The notes under the pieces: generated by a model | The model's input: the letters and a program-made list of their open reading frames with translations, nothing else | Databases searched by the model: none | What the model was told of the DNA's origin: nothing | DNA from: Bdellovibrionota bacterium | Lineage (GTDB): Bacteria > Bdellovibrionota_C > UBA2361 > CALJRW01 | Reading direction: 5' to 3' | Assembly: GCA_041740355.1 (NCBI GenBank) | Contig: JBGSMD010000068.1 | Location: 1-22,294 of the forward strand | DNA length: 22,294 nt | Part shown: positions 7,906 through 16,803 of the stretch, in pieces | Layout of the letters: every line of letters starts with the position of its first letter | Position numbering within the stretch: position 1 is the first letter of the stretch | Position numbers and translations under genes: made by a program

Positions 7906-9750
7906 TTAGAACTCAAGTAAAGTACTTAATCTTTTTCTTAAGATTAAAATAAAGATGAAAATAATTAATGAAATTAATTGCAAAGCAATAAATGGATAGG
8001 TAAATAAGGTAAGCAAGACTATCAGACTAACCATTAAAGCTCCCATTAAGAACTTCGGTAATAGTGAGTACTCCAGAGCCTTCTTAAACGGTAACTCCAG
8101 TAAACTTGTTGAGACTAAGTTAAAAACCAGCAAGTATTTTCTCTGCTCAGAAATCATCTGATCAAAAGTTTGTTCAAAGAAAATGTTAATAGCTTCTGGA
8201 TCCACCGTTGATTTTTCATTTTGAATATTAGCACTACTACCGACAATTTGTAGATTTTTACCGAGTTGTGAGCGATCTACTAATGGCAAAATCGACTCTT
8301 GGGTTACAACGAGTGGTTGGCTAAAACGTAATGGTGACGCTTCTCCTTGTAGCTCACTAAACAAACGATCACTAACCTCAACTCCAGCATAAACTTCTCG
8401 ATTTAGTGCTAAATAATAGGCATGCTTACTTCGAGCTCGTCCCATTACTTCACTGGTGTTGAGAACAATGCCATTTTCTAATAAAAATTGCTCAGATCCA
8501 AAACATAGGGCGATTCCCTCTAATTCACCAAGGAATCCATTCTGATATATTTGAACTTTTTCTAGAGGATTTGTTAAGTATTTCTGCAAATAATTAGATT
8601 GCATCTCTTCGTGAATTGCCTGAAAGTCTGCCTCATTACTATAGCTTGTTAGATAAAAAATAAGTAAGGCTACTCTTTCTTCCGAAATCAAGTCACTTAA
8701 AATCATTAAGCTACTAACTTTTTTTAGTTGAAAATCAGGTGAAATATTGTCCCAATTAACTGATTTTTTACCTAAAATTAAAAAGTCATTACAAAAAATT
8801 GCTCTCGAGGCTAAACGTTCCTTTAGTGCTGGAAAAGATCGTTTAACTATTACAGCTAAGTCTAAGAAATAGGCGAAGGCTAGTAAGATAGTGTTATTTA
8901 TAACAAAATTAACTAGGCTAAATCCGGTAATACTTAGGATGAGATAGCTAGCAAGTAGATAAAATCCAATAAATAAATAATAAATTTTACCTGCTAATAA
9001 ATTTTTATCATTAGCTAAATATTCTTTAAGGAAACTTAAGTGTGGCTCATCTTTTAGATTCTCAACAGCTAAATCAATTTTACCAGCAACCAAATATGAT
9101 CCTGCGGGAATAGAATCTCCAACAGTGACATAGCTTCTACTCCAACGAAATGGTTGCTTAAGCAGAGCAAACACCGCCGATCCAGAATCGACTAAACAAT
9201 TTTTAGTAATAATCTGATTTTTAGCTGGTTGAAAGATTGTTCCGGTCGTTAACTCACAATGAGTTACTTGTGGACCACCAACATTACTTGTCTGATGATA
9301 AGCGGTAAGTTCGTTCCAATTAAATCTAGTTAAATTTTCATTAATAAGATTTAGTAAGTTTTTGCGAAGAAATAAATAAAGTGCCGAAAATAAACAAACA
9401 AAAACTGAAATTTGCCAAAAGCGAAAGCTGAAATTATTGGAGAAATCCTCTAAAGAATAAAGTGCCAATAAAAAAATTGGTATAATTGCAGCTATAACCA
9501 GCAAAAGAGGTTTGGGATTTTCTTCTTGATATGTAATTAGGAGCCTACTAAATGAATAGCAAAAACCAAAAAGTAATATTCCTAAGGCAATGATTCTAAT
9601 AGGGAGATCCGCACCGGGAGGTGTAAAACTAAAACGGACACCTTGAATGAGAACGATTAATGTAATGAAAAGAATGAAATATTTAGATTGTTTGAGGAAG
9701 TTCCAAGTTCTTAAGCCAATTGGAGGTCTGGTCATCTTGTTTATGTCCAA
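7906..9750 (-). CDS. Highly degenerate P1B-type ATPase-like membrane protein (start may be the ATG at 9735)
   Basis: Four N-terminal TM segments, an actuator-like segment (VDSG...VGDSIPAGSYLVAGKI), two TM segments, an N-domain-like segment (GFLGELEG.ALCFGSEQFLLENGI; YLALNREVYAGVEVSDRL) and C-terminal TM segments. No DKTGT, TGES or GDGxND motif. Confidence 0.7.
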   Translation of the reverse strand: MDINKMTRPPIGLRTWNFLKQSKYFILFITLIVLIQGVRFSFTPPGADLPIRIIALGILLFGFCYSFSRLLITYQEENPKPLLLVIAAIIPIFLLALYSLEDFSNNFSFRFWQISVFVCLFSALYLFLRKNLLNLINENLTRFNWNELTAYHQTSNVGGPQVTHCELTTGTIFQPAKNQIITKNCLVDSGSAVFALLKQPFRWSRSYVTVGDSIPAGSYLVAGKIDLAVENLKDEPHLSFLKEYLANDKNLLAGKIYYLFIGFYLLASYLILSITGFSLVNFVINNTILLAFAYFLDLAVIVKRSFPALKERLASRAIFCNDFLILGKKSVNWDNISPDFQLKKVSSLMILSDLISEERVALLIFYLTSYSNEADFQAIHEEMQSNYLQKYLTNPLEKVQIYQNGFLGELEGIALCFGSEQFLLENGIVLNTSEVMGRARSKHAYYLALNREVYAGVEVSDRLFSELQGEASPLRFSQPLVVTQESILPLVDRSQLGKNLQIVGSSANIQNEKSTVDPEAINIFFEQTFDQMISEQRKYLLVFNLVSTSLLELPFKKALEYSLLPKFLMGALMVSLIVLLTLFTYPFIALQLISLIIFIFILILRKRLSTLLEF

Positions 9751-9758
9751 AAAATTTT

Positions 9759-9788
9759 CATCTCTCTAAGAGTAGACTTAGAGAGATG
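9759..9788 (-). terminator. Hairpin downstream of rpmG, possible terminator or processing site
   Basis: 12-bp perfect stem catctctctaag / cttagagagatg; the T-run on the minus strand is offset by 4 A. Confidence 0.5.
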
Positions 9789-9834
9789 TCCCGTCAAACA
9801 AGTTCACTAACTAACAATAGTGAAATGAATAGTA

Positions 9835-10065
9835 TTAAGCTGCTTGTTGAGCAACTTCCTTAACAACAGGCTTAAATTTTTTCTTTAAACGAGAAAGCTT
9901 TCCTTCCTTATAAAGTACTTTCTTTTGAGCAATTGGATCATACTTCATTAACTCTAACTTGGTAGTCACACCACCCTTACGCTTTTTATTTCGACGAATT
10001 GTATAAAAATGACCAGTTCCTGCAGAGGAAACAAGTTGAACGCCTTCTTTAGCTACTTTTGCCAT
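9835..10065 (-). CDS. rpmG: 50S ribosomal protein L33, Cys-free type, with a C-terminal extension
   Basis: LVSSAGTGHFYT..N, KLELMKYDPIAQKKVLYKE; no zinc-ribbon Cys. Confidence 0.95.
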   Translation of the reverse strand: MAKVAKEGVQLVSSAGTGHFYTIRRNKKRKGGVTTKLELMKYDPIAQKKVLYKEGKLSRLKKKFKPVVKEVAQQAA

Positions 10066-10157
10066 GGTAAAATCCAGTTAAATTGAAATCAAAATATAGA
10101 ATTAATCTTAAAACTATAATATAAGAAGTGAATATTATTATCAATAAATTCAACTAA

Positions 10158-11417
10158 ATGCAAATTATCAAAGAACTTCAAACACGTGGATCGATCCAAG
10201 ACATCTCCACCTTAGAATTAGACCAAAAACTCAAAATTGGCGACAAATTTTATGCCGGTTTTGACCCAACAGCGCCTAGCCTCCATTTGGGCAATTTCGT
10301 CGTTATAATGGCGATGCTTCGCTTAACTAAAGCTGGACTTAAGCCAATGATGCTTTTTGGAGGTGCGACAGGTCAAGTTGGAGATCCTTCAGGAAAAGCA
10401 GAGGAACGACCAATTCTTGATTTAAACGAAGTCAGTGACAACGTTAATGCCCAAAAAAACCAAGTTAGCCAGATTTTCTCACGCTTAGGTTTTGAGGTTG
10501 AGTTTGTTGATAATGCGGAGTGGACAACTCCTATTAGCTTTACAACCTTTTTAAGAGAAGTTGGTAAATATCTCACAGTCAATTATATGCTAGCTAAGGA
10601 GTCAGTTAAACGTCGCGTGGAAGGCGATGGTATGTCCTTTGCAGAATTTAGTTACATGCTAATTCAAGCCAATGACTTTTTACACCTATACCAAAACAAA
10701 GGCGTAGTGATGCAGATTGGTGGTTCGGATCAATGGGGAAACCTAACATGTGGAATGGAGTTAGTTCGTAAGAAACTCCATCAAGAAGTATATACATTTT
10801 CGATTCCCCTACTTACAGATTCTAATGGTAAGAAATTTGGTAAATCCGAAAAAGGCGCACTTTGGCTTGATTCTGAGAAGACATCCCCTTTTGTTCTACA
10901 TCAATTTCTACTTAACTCGGCAGATGCTGATGTCATTAATTTAATTCAAAAACTAACTTTTGCTGACCCAGAACAAATTGCTAGTTTAAGTCAAAGTTTA
11001 ATGAGTGAGCCAGAAAAACGTATCGCGCAAACATATTTAGCTGATGAAGTATGCTCTTTAATTCATGGTAAAGAATCTGTGGAATCAGCGAAGATCGCCG
11101 CCAAGGTTCTTTTTGGTGGAGACCCAACAGGACTTCCTGTGAAACAGCTATTAGAAATATTTAGCGAAGTCCCTTCATTCTCAATTCCTAAAAATGATTT
11201 ATTGGAAACCAAATTCTTAGATTTACTTGTGAAAGTTCAAGCCTGCGCTTCTAAAGGTCAATCTCGCAAATTAATTGAAAGTGGCGGTGCCTATCTAAAC
11301 AATTTAAGAATAGCAGATATTGATTCTAGCATTACAGCAAATAACTTGATTGAAGAACAATTACTGATTCTAAGAACAGGTAAAAAATCTTACTTTCTAG
11401 TTAAGGCTGAGGCCTAA
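10158..11417 (+). CDS. tyrS: Tyrosyl-tRNA synthetase
   Basis: YAGFDPTAPSLHLGN, GDPSGK, EFSYMLIQANDF, QIGGSDQWGN, KFGKS, C-terminal S4-like domain. Confidence 0.98.
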   Translation: MQIIKELQTRGSIQDISTLELDQKLKIGDKFYAGFDPTAPSLHLGNFVVIMAMLRLTKAGLKPMMLFGGATGQVGDPSGKAEERPILDLNEVSDNVNAQKNQVSQIFSRLGFEVEFVDNAEWTTPISFTTFLREVGKYLTVNYMLAKESVKRRVEGDGMSFAEFSYMLIQANDFLHLYQNKGVVMQIGGSDQWGNLTCGMELVRKKLHQEVYTFSIPLLTDSNGKKFGKSEKGALWLDSEKTSPFVLHQFLLNSADADVINLIQKLTFADPEQIASLSQSLMSEPEKRIAQTYLADEVCSLIHGKESVESAKIAAKVLFGGDPTGLPVKQLLEIFSEVPSFSIPKNDLLETKFLDLLVKVQACASKGQSRKLIESGGAYLNNLRIADIDSSITANNLIEEQLLILRTGKKSYFLVKAEA

Positions 11418-11876
11418 TTGGAATTTAAAATTGGACAAAAAGTACTGGTTAAATCACTGAAGAAACCTGGAGTGCTGATGGAATTCTTAAACTCCAAAGC
11501 TGCCTTGGTCAACGTTGGAAAATTAGAATTAAAAATACCTATAACTGATCTGGAGGCCATAATTAATGCCAAGCAATCAGAGAAAGAAAAAGTTTCAGCA
11601 AAAAAATTTAAGCCTCAAAAGAATCTACCCGGCGCGCCACGTCAAAAATCTTTAAAATTAGATTATCACGGGTTTACAAAAGCTACTTGTCTGGCAGATT
11701 TTGAAAAACGTCTAAATCAAGCTTACCTTAATCAAGTTAAAGAAATAATTGTGGTTCATGGTCGTGGCCAAGGAATACTAAAAAATGCCTTAATTCAATA
11801 TTTAAGTAGCATTAATTTAAAACTTAGTTTTCGGAGTAGTGCTGTTAATGATAATGAGCTTATAATTAACTTATAA
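11418..11876 (+). CDS. Smr/MutS2 C-terminal-like protein (KOW-like + Smr)
   Basis: FKIGQKVLVKSLKKPG...VNVGKLELKI..DL (MutS2 KOW-like) and LDYHG...VHGRGQGILK (Smr). TTG start directly abuts the tyrS stop. Confidence 0.88.
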   Translation: MEFKIGQKVLVKSLKKPGVLMEFLNSKAALVNVGKLELKIPITDLEAIINAKQSEKEKVSAKKFKPQKNLPGAPRQKSLKLDYHGFTKATCLADFEKRLNQAYLNQVKEIIVVHGRGQGILKNALIQYLSSINLKLSFRSSAVNDNELIINL

Positions 11877-11899
11877 ATTGGAGTTTAATTTGCTAGCTT

Positions 11900-12409
11900 A
11901 TGAAAATATTAATACTCAGCCTATTAATCTTTTTTACTAATCCCTTATTTGCAGATCTACCTAAGACTTCCCCAAATCCTGGCTGGAGTGAACTACAAGT
12001 TCAAGAAACAACTCGACCAACTGTTTTTACACAAATCCTACTTTGGATCCCAAATCGGGTCGCTGATTTAATTGATATCTTTCGCCTTGATGTTGGTGCG
12101 GGGCCTTCCGCTGGAGCTGTAGTTAGACTTAGTAATAATTTCCAATTTGGTTATCGCAATATGTATCCGATGTCAGTTCGAGTTGGAGCGTTTGGTCGTA
12201 ACTATCCATGGCTTATCGAAACTTCCGATGAAATGGGAATAACCCCCCGCTTCCAAGAATCAGTTCAAAGACAAGTCTGTGGGTCTGAAATAGGAGTTGG
12301 CGCCGATGTTTTTATTGTTGGTGCTTATGGAGGTATATGCCTTCAAGAAGTTGCTGACTTTTTTGCCGGAATATTTTTCTCAGATCTTAATGATGATGAT
12401 TGGCAATAA
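11900..12409 (+). CDS. Exported hypothetical protein
   Basis: Signal peptide MKILILSLLIFFTNPLFA; Gly-rich beta segments; acidic C-terminus DLNDDDWQ. Confidence 0.82.
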   Translation: MKILILSLLIFFTNPLFADLPKTSPNPGWSELQVQETTRPTVFTQILLWIPNRVADLIDIFRLDVGAGPSAGAVVRLSNNFQFGYRNMYPMSVRVGAFGRNYPWLIETSDEMGITPRFQESVQRQVCGSEIGVGADVFIVGAYGGICLQEVADFFAGIFFSDLNDDDWQ

Positions 12410-12482
12410 GGTGACTAGCCCAACACTCCTGAATTATCATATTTAACTTTAGACTGTTAGGATAGAATACATCTAAAACCAT

Positions 12483-13286
12483 CTAGTCAAGAGAGCGGAG
12501 TGCTTTAATCTCTTCTATTTTCTCTAAGGTCAATTCTTTAATTGATTCAATAATCATCTGAGGTTCATAGGCATACTTTGCCAAATGTCTCCGCTGTGAA
12601 ACCCCAGTTAAAGTCATGATAGTATAATACCCCATCTGTGTACCACCAAGGATATCAGTAACCATGGTATCTCCTATAATAGCAGTCTCTGCTGTACGAG
12701 TTCCTAAGTAATTTCTAGCCTGACGCATAATTACTGGGCTTGGTTTTCCAACGCTAAATGCTTTTACCCCAGTAGCCTCTTCTAACATAGCAATAGTTGC
12801 TTTAATTCCCGGCTTAGTCCAACCAACAATTTTTGGAGATGGATCTAAGTTCGTCGCTATTAATTTAGCACCTTCTAGGATCATATCAATCGCACTACTA
12901 ATTCGATCCATCGTAAAACTTACACCTTCTCCAACTACTACATAGTCGGGATTTTTATCCACAATTGAAAATCCATTTTGATAAAGACTCTGAATCAAAC
13001 CACCTTCCCCAATAACATATGCAGTACCATTGGGTTTTTGTTGAGCTAAGAACTGCCCTGTCGCCATAGCACTGGTAAAAATATTGTGTTCCGCAACGAA
13101 GATTTCCATCTTCTGAAGTTTCAATACAGTTTCCCGCTGAGTCCGTTGACTATTATTAGTAAAGAATAAAAATGGAATATTATTTTCTTGAAGAGTCTTA
13201 ATAAATTCATTGGTTCCTGGTATGCGTTGCACACCACTATAAATCACACCATCCATATCAATTAGAAATCCGATCTTATTAATCAT
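12483..13286 (-). CDS. nagD: HAD-IIA hydrolase, NagD-like nucleotide phosphatase
   Basis: DMDGVIY (DxD), FTNNS, IATNLD, VGKPSP, IGDTMVTDILGG. Confidence 0.9.
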   Translation of the reverse strand: MINKIGFLIDMDGVIYSGVQRIPGTNEFIKTLQENNIPFLFFTNNSQRTQRETVLKLQKMEIFVAEHNIFTSAMATGQFLAQQKPNGTAYVIGEGGLIQSLYQNGFSIVDKNPDYVVVGEGVSFTMDRISSAIDMILEGAKLIATNLDPSPKIVGWTKPGIKATIAMLEEATGVKAFSVGKPSPVIMRQARNYLGTRTAETAIIGDTMVTDILGGTQMGYYTIMTLTGVSQRRHLAKYAYEPQMIIESIKELTLEKIEEIKALRSLD

Positions 13287-13471
13287 TGTATTTTATTTTT
13301 TGAAATTTAGAGTGCTTCACTGCTTCATACATCAGGATATTGGAGGGTAATTCTCTTATCTTAAAACCACTACGAATGATAGAAAAACCTCTTATTATCT
13401 TTATAGCATATAATTTTTATAGAGATAAATAGTAGTTTGAATTTTTTTGTTTTTATTTTGCTATTTTAAGA

Positions 13472-13480
13472 ATTATAGCA
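13472..13480 (-). promoter_or_regulatory. Extended -10 element oriented toward nagD
   Basis: Minus strand reads TGCTATAAT. A second, imperfect TGCTATAAA lies near 13400-13408. Confidence 0.35.
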
Positions 13481-13537
13481 AGAAGGTATAGTAATTATAG
13501 AATCTAAGAAACTATTAACTTTCCTACAGTAAATACA

Positions 13538-14821
13538 ATGACTAAGAAATCAAACTATTCCATCCCGACCCAATTAATTTATGGTAAATTTGAAACAGAA
13601 AAATGGAATTTTGCTAATCATATTGTTCCCCCGATGACTCTTAGTAGCTCCTTTAGACTACAATCTGCTGAGCGGGGAGCAGAGGCCTTCTCCCACTTCG
13701 GACAAATGGACCAGCCAGAAGCTCAATACTTTTATGAGCGGATGGGAGAGCCTAATAAAGACATGCTAGAAGAAACCTTAGCCATTGCTGAAGGCGGAGA
13801 ATGTTGCTTAACTTTTGGTAGTGGTATGGGGGCAATATCTGCCGCAACTGGTTTTGCCCTTAATGAATCCGCAAGTGAAATTATTTCCCATAAAACAATT
13901 TACGGTTGTAGCTTTTCGCTATTTACTAACTGGTATCGAAAAATTGGACTAAAAGTTAATTTCTGTGATTTAAAAGATCCCGAATCATTTCTTCCTTTTG
14001 TGAACGAACGCACACGAATTCTATATTTAGAAGCGCCTGCTAACCCAACTCTTGATTTATTAGATTTAGATGCCATTTCTAAATTAGTTGCCGACATTAA
14101 TAAAACCCGTCGCCCAGGTAATAGAATTATAACTGTAATGGACAATACTTTTGCCACGCCTTGGGGACAACGCCCGATGGAGCATGGGATTGAGGTAGTA
14201 GTTCATAGTATGACCAAAAACCTTTCGGGATTTGGAGCTTGCTTAGGTGGTGCCGTGATTACTAAGAAAGAACACTTTGCTAGCCTTTCGCTTTATCGCA
14301 AAGATTATGGTGGAAACTTATCCCCACAAACGGCCTGGCAAATCTTAGTTTATGGGATTCCAAGTTTGGGAATCAGAATAAATAAACAAACGGAGAACGC
14401 CAAGATTGTTGCTAAGTTTTTAGAAGATCACCCCAAGGTTGAGCGAGTTTACTATCCAGGCTTGGAGTCGTTTCCGCAATATGACTTAGCCAAGCGAATG
14501 CTAAAAGATTACAAGGGCAAATTTATGCCGGGCACATTAATTTTCTTTCATCTAAAAGGTATAGATTTAGATGCTGCTAGAGATGCTGGCCGTAAGTTGA
14601 TGAACAGCCTAGCTGATAATGCTTATTGTTTAACTTTAGCCGTAAGTCTTGGTCAGTTAAAAACTTTAATTGAACATCCAGGCTCTATGACTCATTCCGC
14701 TTATAGCTCAGAGGAGCAATTAAATGTGGGTATTCACCCGGGAGGTATTAGACTTTCACTAGGAATTGAAGAGTCAGAGGATATTCTTAAAGATTTATCT
14801 ACCGCATTAGATACACTATGA
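13538..14821 (+). CDS. megL: Methionine gamma-lyase (Cys/Met metabolism PLP enzyme)
   Basis: YERMGEP, SGMGAI, YGC signature (TIYGCS) typical of MGL, DNTFATP, PLP lysine in HSMTK, AVSLG..KTLIEHP.SMTHS. Confidence 0.8.
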   Translation: MTKKSNYSIPTQLIYGKFETEKWNFANHIVPPMTLSSSFRLQSAERGAEAFSHFGQMDQPEAQYFYERMGEPNKDMLEETLAIAEGGECCLTFGSGMGAISAATGFALNESASEIISHKTIYGCSFSLFTNWYRKIGLKVNFCDLKDPESFLPFVNERTRILYLEAPANPTLDLLDLDAISKLVADINKTRRPGNRIITVMDNTFATPWGQRPMEHGIEVVVHSMTKNLSGFGACLGGAVITKKEHFASLSLYRKDYGGNLSPQTAWQILVYGIPSLGIRINKQTENAKIVAKFLEDHPKVERVYYPGLESFPQYDLAKRMLKDYKGKFMPGTLIFFHLKGIDLDAARDAGRKLMNSLADNAYCLTLAVSLGQLKTLIEHPGSMTHSAYSSEEQLNVGIHPGGIRLSLGIEESEDILKDLSTALDTL

Positions 14822-14970
14822 TTACTGGAGTAATAGATTTCCTGCATTAAGACCTTAAAACTATTAGTCTTTTCTAAGATTAATCTTGCCTAATAGCTAA
14901 GGGCTACAAATATAAGTATCAAATTGTAAATATTATTCATAACCTTCTAACTCAGAAATTATGTTTATTA

Positions 14971-16803
14971 ATGCAAACACTTTTAGTTAAAAATTCAGAT
15001 CTGCAGCTTCACTCGGATGCGCCAAAGCGTCATAACCTAGGAGAATTGAGGGAAGATCTATCCCAGGTAAAATTTAGCCGAATAATTACTGCTACAAATA
15101 TTGAGCAGCATTTGAAACTCATCGAAAAGTTTTCAGATTTACAATTAAAGGCCTACCTTGATCGGCTCGACTTACAACCTAACGGTGCCGCTGTTAAAGT
15201 AAAACAACTTAAAGTTTTAGATTCTCCTCAATCAAAACTGCTCAGATTATCGATTGGACGAAATGTCTTAGAGCGACTGGAAGATCTTGGTCAAGACCCC
15301 TTAAAACTTATGCGCGCCTTTGGTGAAAGTCTGCTGCAAAATCCGATACTAAAAGTAGCCCAACAAAATGGGCAAGAATTTGAAAAATGTTACATCTCTG
15401 GTCTGGTAAATACTCGCGGAGAAAAAAATTTCTTAGCACCAGAAATCCTAATGACTCTGGCTAATATTTTCCACACTTCCTGGAAACTAACGGCAAGAGA
15501 GACTTTTTTTCAAAATCATATTCCTGCAACTATTGGTGACAGATCAGAATTGATAACCAGAGGGAATGATTTAGATCCAAAGGTTATTAATTATGACTGC
15601 CTAACAAGCATGATGCTTTGTAAGCATTTAGCATTGCTCAGCGACATAGAATTTAAAGAAATATTAAATTATGCAAAACCAGGAAATCCTCATAGATTTG
15701 AACTCAGCTTCAAAGTAGTAGATTCCAGCAGTAATTATTTTCAAGAGATTTCACCTTCGATAAGTCTTACCTCATGTTTGCCTGAGTTAGTTAATGAAAA
15801 ATTTCGGGGCGTTAATTCAATTAAAATTAGTAATCAAATCGAAAATGCGCTCATTCGTTTTAATGAAGAACTAATCCAAAAAGAATTAATGAGCGTAGTA
15901 CCTGCGACCTTAAGAAGAATAAACCAGTTGGGTTCTAGCTCTGACCAGGAGTTTGAAAACATCTGTCAGAAATTAGAAAATTTAAGAATTGCTAGAGAAC
16001 AATGGAGCTTTGGTTTGAAATTTGCATTGGAAGGTTTACCGAAAGAGTTTAGCGAATTTAATGGAGACATATCTGAAATGCCCTGCGCTTGGGTTAAAAC
16101 TCCCGGAATTAGAAAAGTTTTAATTGACTTGGAGTCTGATTATCGTGTCCAATTCAAAAGTTGTTCTCAAACAAAACAGACTCAGACTGAAAGTTTAATT
16201 ATTATTGGAAGCTATTCACAATTTGAAAAATATCGATCAGAGATTTCTACACTTTTGCAAAAGACAAATAATAATCCAGCTGACCCAGCCTATTCCCGAG
16301 ATGGTGGAATCATCTATAACTACTATCAGGATAAGTTTTGGAAAGAGTTATTTGCCAATCAAGGCAAACTGCTTGTTGCTCTAGATCAACAGCAGATTCA
16401 GGGAGTATTAGTTTATTATCAACCAGGAATGATCCCAAAGGAACATATTTTTGTTCCCGAAAACTTTAGATTAAATACAAAGACTTCCTACACAGAAATA
16501 GTGGTCACCTCACAGGAACGAGCTTCGGGAACATTTGCTAAACTATTTAGAGGAATGCTAGCAAACCTACAGCTAACTAAAGCAGAATTTGCGGAAGGCA
16601 TTGTTTATGAATTAAATCAAAGATCGTTAAGTGCAGTTAAAGACTTTGGTTATTTCTCACGGACAAGTCAAGCAATTCAGGCACTACTACCTAAACAACA
16701 AGAAACTCTAGCCATTCCCATTTGCATTCCAGTTCAAAGTAAACTGCGTCAGGCACTAGGTGGACTGAGTAAGGCTCTCGCTAAAATGGAGATAGAAAAC
16801 TAA
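14971..16803 (+). CDS. Hypothetical protein with a probable C-terminal GNAT acetyltransferase fold
   Basis: 610-aa ORF. The C-terminal pattern LLVALDQQQIQGVL, IVVTSQERASGTFAKLF, VYELNQRSLSAVKDFGY follows GNAT motif order; the N-terminal ~400 aa are unrecognised. Confidence 0.7.
   Translation: MQTLLVKNSDLQLHSDAPKRHNLGELREDLSQVKFSRIITATNIEQHLKLIEKFSDLQLKAYLDRLDLQPNGAAVKVKQLKVLDSPQSKLLRLSIGRNVLERLEDLGQDPLKLMRAFGESLLQNPILKVAQQNGQEFEKCYISGLVNTRGEKNFLAPEILMTLANIFHTSWKLTARETFFQNHIPATIGDRSELITRGNDLDPKVINYDCLTSMMLCKHLALLSDIEFKEILNYAKPGNPHRFELSFKVVDSSSNYFQEISPSISLTSCLPELVNEKFRGVNSIKISNQIENALIRFNEELIQKELMSVVPATLRRINQLGSSSDQEFENICQKLENLRIAREQWSFGLKFALEGLPKEFSEFNGDISEMPCAWVKTPGIRKVLIDLESDYRVQFKSCSQTKQTQTESLIIIGSYSQFEKYRSEISTLLQKTNNNPADPAYSRDGGIIYNYYQDKFWKELFANQGKLLVALDQQQIQGVLVYYQPGMIPKEHIFVPENFRLNTKTSYTEIVVTSQERASGTFAKLFRGMLANLQLTKAEFAEGIVYELNQRSLSAVKDFGYFSRTSQAIQALLPKQQETLAIPICIPVQSKLRQALGGLSKALAKMEIEN

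Noticed and set aside
7906-9750. Calling this ORF either a functional CopA/ZntA or a pseudogene
   Set aside because: The catalytic motifs are missing, so it is not a standard pump. The frame is intact, so it is not demonstrably a pseudogene.
13287-13537. SAM riboswitch upstream of methionine gamma-lyase
   Set aside because: AT-rich and unstructured, with no SAM-I or SAM-II consensus visible.
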